Below are positions 1-12,711 of a stretch of DNA of 45,695 nucleotides, in pieces (the first letter of the stretch is position 1; every line of letters starts with the position of its first letter). The notes beneath the pieces were generated by a model. The model made no database searches. It saw only the letters and a program-made list of their open reading frames with translations, and was not told where the DNA came from. The translations under genes and the position numbers were made by a program. Source of the DNA: Mesotaenium endlicherianum (taxonomy: Eukaryota); the NCBI GenBank assembly GCA_009602735.1, contig WELA01001605.1, positions 3,120 to 48,814 on the forward strand, written 5' to 3'.

Positions 1-1110
1 GGGGGGGGGATGGCCCAGAAAGCCTCGTAACAAGCAGAAAAAAATACGGACAATAATGATATGAGTGAAGGCTATTTCTGGTTCAGTGAGACGCATGGAG
101 TGCAATATTGTGATGCAAGGAGTCTGCACACTGCTCACAAACAGAGTCTAGTGATCAAGCATCAATTCTCACACATCTTCTTAGCTCGAGCTGGAGGTGT
201 CATACACGTATAGTAATCACATGGCATGATGTGCACACACAATTTTCTGCATGTGCCTGACTCATTTTGATGTTTTGCATCATGCTCGTACTGTACCATG
301 TCCACAGCCATATATACTTTCTATAAGCTAGCTGTATCAGAGGAAGCCGTGGTTGGCTATTTGATTCCTTGCAGTTGTATTCAGTGCACGGCACGAAATT
401 GGCCATTTGATGCGCAGATCGACAATCTTGACCAATTTGGTTGGTATACGTAATTGAATAGCAGATACTACAGACTGGCAGTAGATACATATATAAAGCA
501 CATATATACAGCTGTGAACCGGATTTGCAATATTATGCAAAACACCAGTGATGTAATTAAGCACATGATAAACTTGTGGAAAATACATGTGCCTGCTCTA
601 TGGATGACTGATTGTGCAAAGCACTTTCCCACAAAGATCGGGACAGGCATCATTCCATTGGCTAACAACGGACTGATATGAGAAATCCACAAGAACTATT
701 TCTGTGAGAGACGCAGCCGTGAGGGTCATCCACCGCTGGTGTGCACTCGCATGTTATGCTTTATAGCAGATAATGTTATTAACAGCCGATTGACCTCCCT
801 CACATCTTGTACGCCTATATGGCTGAGCCGTCTACAACTCGAGAAGCGGCACTATAGCTACCTAACTTGATCACACTGACCCAGGTAGCACGAACAAAAG
901 TTGTTGAAAACGAGACAAAATGTAACACGTAATTCGACATTTGAGCACGTACTCAGCATGAAGTTTAACAAAGAAAAAGAGTGTCCCTGTCGGTAAAGTG
1001 ACTCTATGCCCCTCAATGAAACCCTCCAGTTGTGAACCCACCAATCTGTGGGTGACAGCCGCTGTATAATTTAGCATGCAACAGAAGCACGCAGGTGGGA
1101 GTTGTGTCTG

Positions 1111-3365
1111 TCACATGACATGCTGGGCGTACAGAGCCATAAGCTGGTGCTGCTTCTGCGACAGAGCTTCCAGGTACGGCTTCAAGTCATCCCCCAGCGC
1201 CGCCCGGATCTTGACGAGACACAACGCCACCGCCTGCTCCACGAATTGGGAGAACGCAGGACAAAAGCAGAGGAAGACAAGCGTGAGAGAGAGAAGGCGA
1301 CAGTGTGTGAAACGGCTGCCATGCTTTTCACACAAGAGGGCTGCTGCCCCAATCACCGCCAACTTCGTGCCCAGTCCCCTCACTGTGCAGCAATAGTTGT
1401 TGTATTTTATTTTACAGATGACTACTGGAGCTTCAGTCCTTGTGGCTGGGTACATGATTACTAAATGAAAAGAAGCACTTGCAAGCTTGAATGATTGTGC
1501 GCATTTATCCAAGGATGTCATGCAAGGTTTTTACTTCACATGCGTGTGCTGTCATCACTCTTGGGGAGCCCCCCCAAACTTAGTAACACAATTAAAACGC
1601 GTGGCTCACACCTCCCCATATCCGTTCGTACACATCTCAATATTCTGTATGTGGTGGGGGAACGAGGCGCATGGCAGGCGGGGCGGCGCACGCGCACCTG
1701 GCGGATCCTGAAATGGTTGCAGCCGAACGTCGCAAAGAGGGAAGGCAGGACAGCTGTCACCCTCTCCCGCAGCAGCTCCACGGGCAGTTGTGGGACCACC
1801 TGCTTGCACAACACAAGCCACACATGAGACCCACGTGTGTCAACCAGTAAAGCTGGCATCAACCTGCTCCTCCTCCTCTAGCATCCTCTCTGCCAGCTTC
1901 TGATCATCCACGGAGGGCATGCGTGCCAACTGGCAGGCTCACATTGACCGGAAGCACACGCACTTGTGGAGCGGACAGCACCGGTGCACAATCAGTCAAC
2001 CCTACACTGACCCCAGAAAATCAAAATAGAAAACAGGAGCCTTGAACCCCCACCGCAACCCAAAAATGTCAGACCCTTACTCCTACAGATGCTCAACCTA
2101 TAGATGCTTCTTGCTGGCCAGCCAGCTGACGGAGGCAAACTCCTTCCAGCAGCCCAGTCTTCTCTCTAGGAGCACAGTGAGTGACTTCTCTACTGGCAAA
2201 GGGACAGCACAGATGCACGATAAATTGGAGGGGCAAGGAAGGGAGGGAAAGGGAAGGAGGGGAGGGAAGGGAGGGGCGCGCGCGCGCTCACCTTGGCCAG
2301 ACACGTGAGGAGCGTGGGCAGAGACTCCTCGTCGCCCTCCGCTATCAGCTCCACCAGCATCTGCACGCACCCACCGCGCACATTGGTGCATGTGAATCTC
2401 AGCCATCAATTTCACCCCACGGTGTGCATACATCTCCTGGCGTATGCGGTTTGATGATGACTAGTATACAGTCAACGCAATGGTCTGCATTGCTTCAGCC
2501 AGAACCAAAGAAAAATGTGATTGGTTGAGAAGACAAACAGAGCAGGCCAGGAGGACGAGGAAAGAGCTTGGTTGATGCAAGACGGAGACGAATGGCACCA
2601 GATGTGGGCTCAGGGTTAAAAGTTCAAGGATAGGATTGGGGCGTGGGCTTAGAAGCCGATGCTCTCAAGCAGACAACCGGTTGGCAATCAGCTACGCTGC
2701 CCGCGGGCGTCCTCTCAGCACTTGACAGCTGGAACACCGAGAAGCTCCCATAGCAGGCCTCTCGCTCCCCTCCTCCTCTATCTCTCTCTCTCTCTCTGGC
2801 TGTGTGTGTATGTTTGTGTGCATGTGTGGTGTCTGTTGAAACATGAGAAGAAACAAAAGAGTGAGGAACACACTATATCCTCTAAGGGGGTGACAAGTGG
2901 CGGGTGGGTGGGTGGGGAGGGGGCAGTCAGTGAGGAGCTGGCGGACCTCATAGGTGAGGGGGGGATCAGTCTCCTTGAGCAGCATGTCGATGCACGCACT
3001 CACTGTCACCAGCACCTGCAGCCGCAACAGCAACAGCAAGGAGGAAATGAGCGACAAGTGTCACCTGACTTGAACAGCACAAGCAACGCACGAGCTAAGA
3101 GATACCCAGAAGAAGAAAGCGTGAGTGAGAGATAAACACTCGCTAGATAACAAAATGTGTCCGCAGGAGTGGACAAGATTACGAGGACAGACGCGCGCTT
3201 GCGTTCGCCTGATGTAACATTTATCTCCCTGGTACCAAAACATCACCTTCACAGCACGACAATGCCGCCGTACCCACGCTTCCTTGCAAAGCACTATCCT
3301 CCCCCCCACCCACAACCTCTCCTGGCCACATGCTTTCGCGCGCGCGCACACACAAACACATACAT

Positions 3366-3417
<52 letters not shown>

Positions 3418-6400
3418 GGGAGGGAGAGAGGGGCCTGCCTTGAGGGGCAGACCGAACTTGCAGAGCAGCAGCTGTCTCAGCATGGGCTGGGACTGCTCAT
3501 CCTTCAGCGGCTCCTCCTCCTGCACGCCCCCCCTCCCCCAGTTAGGCAGGACTCAAAAGGCATCCAACTTCACATCCACGTTCGCTCTCTCTTCCACGTG
3601 AAGTCGCACACTGGAACATCTCAACCTGTCAATCGCCGCGTACAAATGGTGACCGAGGCGTGGGGGCACGTCGACATGCAACTGGGGACTCCAGACTCCC
3701 TCTGGCAGGCAGAGACATCGGCAAACAGGTGGCAACGTGCGGCCCCCCGCAAGGCTGCACTGGGGGGGGGGGCAAGCTGGCTGAGGCAGTGAGCCTGCTT
3801 GCTCAATTCCAGCTCTGCTGATTGGGCATCATCGGAGAGGGAGAAGCTGCCAGGAGTATGCTCTAGGCAGAAGGCAGTGCTGCCCGTTCCTGCTGGTTCT
3901 GCAGAGGCCATCAGCTCAGGGGCAAATCTCAGGGCCCAGCCATGGCTGGCGAATCTCACAGTGCAAACTTCCTCCCCAAAAGGCAGGCACCCATTCCTCC
4001 TTGCTCAACAGCAACTGGTGGGGGATAGGAGATATACTTCGGTCAACACATGGAACAGCGGGGCCGCGGGGCGGGGGGGNATAGTGTTAGATGAGGAGCG
4101 CATAGGTGCAAAGAGTGCATGCCGACAGGTATCGGCTGCTTCTACGGACAGGTGGCAACTTCTGCTGCCAGCACGTCGGGCGCTGAGACGCTTAAGGGTG
4201 GGGGGGAGGAAGAGACAGAGGGGAAGGAAGCACCCAGGCCCGACCTGGGAGGAGATGAGGAGCTGAAGCAGCGAGATGGCGCTCTCGTGTTGCGCCACCT
4301 CGTCGCTGGACCCCTCCACGATCTGCTCCACCAGGGCCGCCATCTGGCGCGCCGAGCTCTGAGGTTGACAGCCAAGGAGCGGGTAAGAAGAGCGCACACC
4401 CGCACTACAAACAGACAGAGAGAGAACGTGGGGGGGGGGCTATTGGAGAGGAGAGAGCCTAGAGCCTAATTAAGAATTGTAGCCAACGCAGCGGCAGGTG
4501 GGATATGTGTCACCCTCTGACGCAATGCCTTCACCACCATCGGCATGCAGAGGAGACAAGGACAGCAGCGTCCCCCTTGCTCCTCCAACTGCCGCTTCAG
4601 AGTTGCCAAAAACTAAAATGTCCTGCGTATCCTTATTGTGCAACTGACGTGGCAGTAACTGGCACTAGCACAGGCAAGGACAAGCAGCGGCGTCGGCTGC
4701 CAGCATTATGACAAGCAGCAGGCACTAGAAGCGTACGGACGACAACAGCAAAGACAGCAGACTGGGATGAGCTCATTTCACTGACTGACAAGTGGCGGGA
4801 TGCGAGGATGCTGACCTCTTTGACAGGCACTCGCCTGTCGGCCCACAAGTGCTCGGTAAGCTGCGCCTCCCTCGCCACACCACCCGCAGCAACTTTCCCG
4901 TTCGGCAACTGGCCGTTTGTTGTTGTCCCGTTGGCCGGTTCTGAGCCATCCCCCTGTCCGTGCGAGACACCAGAGGGCACACCAGCCCGATCACCACCGC
5001 CTCCCCCTCCTCCTGCATGCTCCTCCTGGTCCCCCTCCTCCCAAGCACGTCCATGCTCGCGCCCTCTCGGCTGGGGCTGCGGTTGCGGCGACAGCTGGGG
5101 CCCTTCGTCCGGGGATGCTGCTGCTACTGCTGCTGCTGCAGGAGTTTCCTCCTCGTGCCATGTGGAGCTCCTGCCATCACTCCCAGAGCCAGCTCCATCT
5201 GCGCCGCGCGCTTGCGCTGCTGCAGACGCATCTCGCTGCTCCTCATCCCTGGATGCACGCATCGCCTCCTTCGCCTCTCCGGTGACCCTCCCCTCCCCGG
5301 CCTGGCTGCTCTCTGCAGGCTCGCCAAGTGGCGCTTGCGCGGACCGGCCAGCTGGCAAGAGACCTGGCTCAGTGCTCCCGTTGCTGCTGCTGGCACTCTC
5401 CTCTGCAGCCACTTCTGGAGGTGGGCCTGCAGCTGCAGGTGCAGGTGTGGGAGACTGCAGAGGTAAGGGCGCAGTCAGGCTCTCATTAGAGCCGTTCCGC
5501 AGCACCCTCCAGGAGCCCTTGACCTCCTCTTTGTCGCATTGCGCTCCGCCAGCCTCCGCTCCTCTGATGCCTGCGTTGCCTCCGATTCCAACGTTGTGTC
5601 TGTCTGCCACTTCAGCATCAAGGGCACGCTGGGCCTGGCGGCTGCGGGCAGCCAGCCCTGCATAAGTGACACTTGGCAGCTGCTCCTCCTCCTCCTTGCT
5701 AACGCCCGCGGCACATTCGCTGCTCGAAGGCTCGCCACTCGCAGCAGTCTCAACATCCACAAGGCTTCTCTCTCCGGCAGCTCTCATGTCATCAGCAGCC
5801 GCCACTTGTCCGTCAGCAGAGGGGGCAAGGTGGCCCTCATCCACGACCCCGATGACTGCCAAAAGGGGCGCTTCCTGATTGGCAGTTGACGGCGCTGCAC
5901 CGTCCAGCTCATCAGCGCCAGAGGTTGCCTTCTCCAGAGGATCGAGCGCCTCTGCCAGCTGTCCATGGCCATCCTGCACCGGGTCCGCGTCCTCCGACGC
6001 CTCGCCAGGTGGCGCAGCAACGTCTTCACTTGTGGGATCGGCCAGGGGCTGATTCTCGGAGTTGCCGACGTCGGCAACGTCAGATGCATCGCCCGTGTCG
6101 TGCACAGCCGCAGGAGCACTCCCACTGAGGGGATTGCGCTCGGAGTCAGCAGCGGCAGCAGCAGGAGTAGCCGCAGCAGCCGAGTCCACCCCTCCCTCCC
6201 TCTCAGGAGCTCCTCCAGCGTCGGAGTCAGCGCCAAAAGCAGCAGCACCAGCACCAGCACCAGCAGCAGCGGCAGTAGCAGCCGCCAAGCCTGAGGGCTC
6301 CTCCAGATGGTGTGTGCTCGCACCGCCGGTGCTCGGCTCCCGCTCGCTTCCCGCACTTGCGCCTGCGCCTGGGGCGACCACAGGGACAGACCCAGGCTCT

Positions 6401-6842
6401 GCAAGGGAGCCGGGAGCCAGCCCCCGGCCTGGTGCGTTGCCGGTGGTGCCAGCGGCGCCAGCGGCGGGTGGGCCACCACTTGGGGTTTCCGCCTCCCCAC
6501 TGGTAGCCATATCCCCTACCTCTCCTCCTGCTCCTCCTGCAAGAGCAGCACCTCCTGCAGCATCAGCCGTTCCAAGTTGTGCAGTTGCGCCAGCTTCAGG
6601 AGCCGCTACGCCCGTAGTGCTGGTGGTGATGATAGCAGCAGCAACGGGGGTAGGGGGAGCTACGAGTGACGGTCTGGGCGTAGCGTGCGGGCCGGGCATC
6701 ATGCTCTTGCGCCTCTTGCCCTTGGCAGCCTTGCTGTGGGTGGCCATGGCCGCCACAAACGCGGGCGCCCCCGCCGGCGAGTGGAGGCGGAGCGCTCGCT
6801 CCACCATGCTTCTCTGCTGCGCAGTCACACGCGCGAGCACAG

Positions 6843-6889
<47 letters not shown>

Positions 6890-9800
6890 CGCGTGAGCGT
6901 CGCACACACATTCATGTCAGAACTGCTGTCTGCCCTCCAGTCTCCCCAGCCCCAGCCGCTGTTGGTAGTAGGTGCTTAACAATAGAGAACGCTTGCAAGT
7001 CCAATCCTCCCCAGTGCTCAATCATAAGGAGACAATCATATTGTGCAGTCATCAGCACCAGCAGTCAGGACCAGTGGACAGCCACACAAGCAACAAGTAC
7101 GCATGACATGACGGCAGCAAGCTGCTGTGAACCTCCACCAAGCACTGGGAAGTGTGCATGCCCACCCGCTCCCTCTGCTTCTCTTCACAACCTCCCATGG
7201 TCGGATGCCTTGAAAACGGCTGCAGAAGAAAACCTTGCTTTCCTGTACTTATGAAAGGATAGAACAGCACAGGGGATGTATACGACCAGGTGCAATGTAG
7301 GTACGCAGCTGTCTTGGAGGCCAGATGCAGCGTACTGAAGCCCACGGGCAAACACGCAGGGCTGCGAAAGGTGTACCGTTTCAGGAAGAGCGGCAGCGAT
7401 GCCTGCGAGCGCCTCAACGTCGACACCTGTGCCTGCTGCCGACGAGTCGCTGACTGCTGTCACGAGTGATGCGATGCCACGTGTTGCCGCGTCCTTGACT
7501 TTTCCCTGAGGGTCTGACGTCAGCGCGACGAGCTTCAGCAGCCACTGCTTTGCGGGGCCAACTGGAGACGGGACAGAGACACGAGCGCACGACACTTGGC
7601 ACACGGCGGTCAGCACCTGTATCACTGAGCTGAAAGCGCGAACGCCATCGAGTGCTGCGCCTCCACAGGATAAGAGTGGACTTGCACTCCTAAAGAGCGT
7701 GGTCCTCTGCTCCCCGACTGCGAGTTGCTGTCACAGGTCTGCAAACTCATGGTCCACAAGTGATTACTCGGTGCACACAGATGCACGTCAACTGTGAGGG
7801 CCCCCCCTTGCTGCCGCCCGTCTCCCCGCCCGTCCATGCCCGTGCGCGGTGCCAATGCATGGTGTTGAGCTCCGGCTCATCCTTGCTGATCTGCCCGCAT
7901 CACAAAGCTCTGCAACAGCGACGCCTACCAACTGGCACAGACTGTGCAAAATATCTTTTCTGCGTGGAAACTTCTGCATGCTGCGGTGCAAATTTAGTTA
8001 CCACTCATGATGGTAACAACGTACAGCCAAGGGGGGGAGAAGGGAGAGGGAGGGNNNNNNNNNNNNNNNNNNNNNNNNNNNNNNNNNNNNNNNNNNNNNN
8101 NNNNNNNNNNNNNNNNNNNNNNNNNNNNNNNNNNNNNNNNNNNNNNNNNNNNNNNNNNNNNNNNNNNNNNNNNNNNNNNNNNNNNNNNNNNNNNNNNNNN
8201 NNNNNNNNNNNNNNNNNNNNNNNNNNNNNNNNNNNNNNNNNNNNNNNNNNNNNNGGGGGGGACCATGCGAGCTGCTCACCTCCGTGATGGGTGACTGCCC
8301 CCGCCCCTGGCCCGTGGGCCGCGTCAGAGGGGGGCGCGTTCGCACCAGCGCCCCGCGCAGCAAAGAGGCCCGATGCCGACTCGATGACCGCCACCTTGCA
8401 CTTGACGTTGCGCTGCTCCTCCAGCGAGCGCAGCCACACGGGCACAAGTGCCTCGGACGTGTACACCTGCTGCGCCGTGGCAAGCACGGCCGCCGCCAGC
8501 TGGCGGCTGGCCTCCTTGGCATCGATGAGGCGCGCAAACAGGTGAGGGAGCAGGCGGCCCAGGCTGCCCTCCACCTCCTTGCTGCAGCAGCAGCAGCAGC
8601 GCAAGCGGAGCCCATGCGATGCCAGGGAGTGAGTCAGCAAGCGAGAAAGCAAGGAAGCGAGCGTGAGTGGAAGCGCCGACAGGTGTGCGATGCACGATGT
8701 GCTCTGGTCATGTTGCAAGACGTGTGCATACCCCCTCCTTGCTTTTGCAGCAAAGGATGAACCGGTGACGCCTTTCAGCCGGAGCCGTTCTAGGCAAGGG
8801 TGTCGAATCTCACTGCGAGGAGGTTGAGGGGTTTGAGGCGTGAGCATAAGTGGGCATGTATAGCATGCACAGAGGGGGACAGCAGGAGAGTAGTGGCGGC
8901 ATGAGATGAGAAAGAAAGAGGTCTGCGTGATGCTATCGTTGCCCTGGCCCACAAGGGCCCGCTGCGCTGACAGCTGGAGGGACATCACCGTGAGACTGCT
9001 GGTCAGCAACATGCTGGTACCAGGGCATCCGCAGAGACGCGCACTGAGACGTCCGTCAGCAGCACTAGAGGCCAATGAAGAAACATCCAAGAGGGCAAGC
9101 AAGTATGACTTCTCCTACCGACACGGATGCGCGCACACACACACATTCACACTCTCTCTCACATACGCGCGCACACACACACGTACTCGTTGAAGGTATG
9201 CTTGGTACAAGCCCAAACTGAAGATAGCGTCATATGGGGAGCCCAGCACACACAAGGAGGAGAAAGGAGTGTTACCTGCAGGCGGAGAGGAGATGCTGCA
9301 GGGCCGCCAGGGCCGCCTGCGACACCTTGTGGTGCGCATCTTCCACGCACAGCGTGATAAGCGCCACCACCTTGTCCAGGTTCTGCTCAACACTCACATG
9401 CAAGCACAGGCGGGTGGGTCGCATCACGAAGTGAGTCAGCGCGTCGAGGGAGGGGGGAGGCAAGAGGAGCCCGCCAGCCAGGAATGTTGTGCCCCGTACC
9501 AGAGCTAGTGAGCGCACTCAGCCAGTCCAACGTGAGGAGGCAGCAGCAGAGGCACAGGCACACGCAGACGCCCACGGCCACGCTCACATTCATGTAAAGG
9601 AGCGAGCGCGCACGCACTCAAGCGCGTGCGTGTCGTGCACGCACAGACATGCACACGCAGGAAGACAGTGTTCAATCAGCTCTGGAAAAGAGTGCACAGA
9701 AGGCGGCGCTGGGTGCCGCACTCTGGTGCAGGCGAGTGTGCTCTTGAGGTGCAAAGAGCAACGTCAGTCCAGCCACCAGGTCCAGGTGTCGGCCAAGCGC

Positions 9801-12680
9801 AAGGAAGTCAGACCAGCGGAGTGGAGCAGCAAGAGAAGTGAGGCGGGGGGGGGTTGCGAAAGGGAGCACCTGGACAATCTGTTGGATGGCACGCGTGTCC
9901 TGCTGCTGCAGCGCCACCTGGAGCCTGTTCAGGGTCTCCACGCGAACGAGCCAATCAGAGCGCCCCGCCCCCAGCACCGTCGCGACTGCACTCATCAGGC
10001 CGCCGGCTGCTTCGCTGCGCCTCCCTGTCGATCTCCCCCCACCTCCCGCTCCCCCGTGGGACCCCGGAGAGCCCCCCGAGGAGCTGAGAGGCGAGTCATG
10101 CTCCCTCTCCAGCGTCTCCTGCCTCCTGGCCACGCCACCTAGCACGGCGGGCGGCGACCTGTGCGAGGAGAGCGAGCCGTGCCTCAGGAGGTCCTTGACA
10201 GCTGGCGCTGCCCTCGCAGTGACATCCTCCCCCTGCTCGTGGTCCCCACTGCGGTGCCCCTTCTGAGCTTCCGACACCTGTGCAGATCCGGCATCCCCTG
10301 CCTCCTCCAGCACCACCCCCTGAGGGTAGTACTCGGACCGCAGGACCCTCTTGGCGCCTCCCAGAGCCCCGCCAAACTTTGAGCCCAGCGTCAAGCTCCC
10401 CCCAGAGCCTGCCACCTGCCCCCCCCTGGGGCTGGCCCTGCTCCCTGCCACAGCAGACGGTCGCTCCCCAACGCCCGGGTCGCTTGCGGTACCTGCTCGG
10501 CTTGCGGCCGTCGGATGGGTGCCAGCTGGCGCCTCCTGAGCTGCCTGATGCAGGGGGGACCCTGAAAGCTTCAGCACACGCTTGGCACCGAAGCCCCTGC
10601 CTGGGGGGGCCCCGTTCACACTGACATCCGCGCCGTAGGAGGCTCGGTCAGCGTGGCGGGGTTCGGGCCCTGCTGCGGCATCTGATGCTGCCCCGATGGG
10701 GGGAGGGGGGCGAACGTTCCCCTCTATATTCTTCAGGGCCCCCGTCGACCTTTTGACGCCCCCACCCTCCCATGCAGTGCCTGCACTCGGGGAGCTGGCA
10801 GCCTGGCTGGCGGTGCTGAGGCGCGCAATTCTGCTTTCAAACGGCCTCGCGGCGCTGGCGCTGGCGTGGGTGCCATCTGGCGGCACCCCGTTGGCCGGGG
10901 CCAAGCCTGCGCTGAAATTTAGGGTTCTCCGGGAGCTGTTGTGGTGGGCACTGGATGAGGGGGAGGGGAGCGACTTCAAACTTGGCTGCTGCAGCTCTGG
11001 GGCGGCTGTCGATGCCTGCACGCGCATGGCTGCCCCCACCCCAGCGCCCGCTCCCGCACTTTTCTGCTGACTCACTCCTGCTCCCCAATGGTCACCCCCC
11101 GCCCCCACCCTCACCAGGCCTGGTCAGGTTGCGGCAGAACCGGCAGCCATGGAGCAGGTGGAACTGGCTGGGTGCAGGCGCATGTATCTGTCGCTTGTGA
11201 TGACTGGCCTGCACTCGTGCGTGTGTCACGGTCGATGCACGCATGCACGCACACAGACACACACACATACATGCACACGTGCACACATGCAGGCACAAGT
11301 CCCACACCTGCTCGCACAACTGGGTGGGTCGGTACGTGCACACATGGCATAATTGCAGGAGGGCTCTTCTGACGCACTCTGCTGGGGTTTCGGGAGTCGG
11401 GGCTGTAACAGTGAGAATTTTGAATATGGTATCTGAGGTGTAGGGCATGGGCCAGGCTGAGCAGGCGTGGGACGCCCGGGCCCACAGTAGCATTTAAAGA
11501 GAAAAAGAACAAGCTGCTGCAGGCACCAGGGGGGGGCTCACTGCTGCTGCATCTATCAGGAAGGGACCGAGGGAGGGAGCGAGGAAGGGAGGGCAGAGGG
11601 ACTCTTCTGACGCACCCAGGTGGGACCGCAAACTTGGCGGTTATAGGGAACGAAACCTAGCGTGCGGTATTTCAAGGAGTGGACCAGGCTAAGCAGTGTG
11701 AGACTCCCTGCAGCTCACTGAAGCTTTGTAGAGGGAACAAAACATCACGAGGTGATGGGTGTTGTGACTCCAGGGGGGAGGGAGGGATGGAGGGAGGGAG
11801 AGAGGGGTGGCTTAGTCTTCAAGCATCCCTGACCTACGAGGGGACCACGTCGACAAGCCTCCCTGGATAGAGGCCTTCCCTGCCAGCTGGCGGGCGGGCG
11901 GGAAGAGGCCGGGCCCCAGCTGTGCATGTTACATCCATCGCTCGCTCACAGCCACCACGTTCAGTTGGGAGCATATCCATGATGCAGTCACTACTGTGGA
12001 TAAGCAGATGCCACAACAGTGGAGCAGGCTTTACAGGAGAAAATGAAGCTGAGCTCTTTGGGGTTGGTTGGCTACTCTGAAAAAGGCAGCTGGCTGTCCT
12101 TGAAGAGAGGAGGCTTATTGACGGCCCCGCCTTGCCTTTGTTTCAAAGGCACTGCAGCAAGGTGACTCAGCAAGGTGACTCAACATCATCTTGGGATTCA
12201 TGGCCTGCTTGAGTGGCACCATGGGCGCCTAGGCATGAGCTGTACCATTTTGCCCCGTAGTGCCGCCCTTCGCCGCCGCCCCGTGCCTGGCAGGCTCTTT
12301 GGGCCCATGCGGAGACGAGAGCGCTTGGGGCTGATGGGCAGCGCCCGGCGGACCCGCTGCTGCCAGGTGGCGCCCGTTGGCGCCGTTGACCCCGTCCAAG
12401 AAGTTGACCCACACCAGGTCGCCCTCCTCCCGTATGTACTGCGCGCCCGCCGGAGCCACGCTCAGAAATCAGAGGGGTGGCCTCGCAGTCCGTGCACCAG
12501 AGCAGTACGAGACAGGATGCTTACGCGAGGGCCGGGGACCGGGTTCTGGCGGCGCTGCTACCATCCCCAGCTTCACTTAGGGCTCACAGATGCTGACAGT
12601 CAGAATGCGGTGGGCTCCAGAATGGCAAGTGGTGCACTCCAGTGGCGGTGACGCCAGCAAGAAGGCTGGCGGCTTACACC

Positions 12681-12711
<31 letters not shown>

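Noticed and set aside
1..1100. Short ORFs at the window start
   Set aside because: No recognisable similarity; probably CLASP 3'UTR or intergenic sequence.
4808..6979. Long plus-strand ORFs (285 aa, 305 aa and others)
   Set aside because: Antisense shadows of the GC-rich CLASP linker exon.
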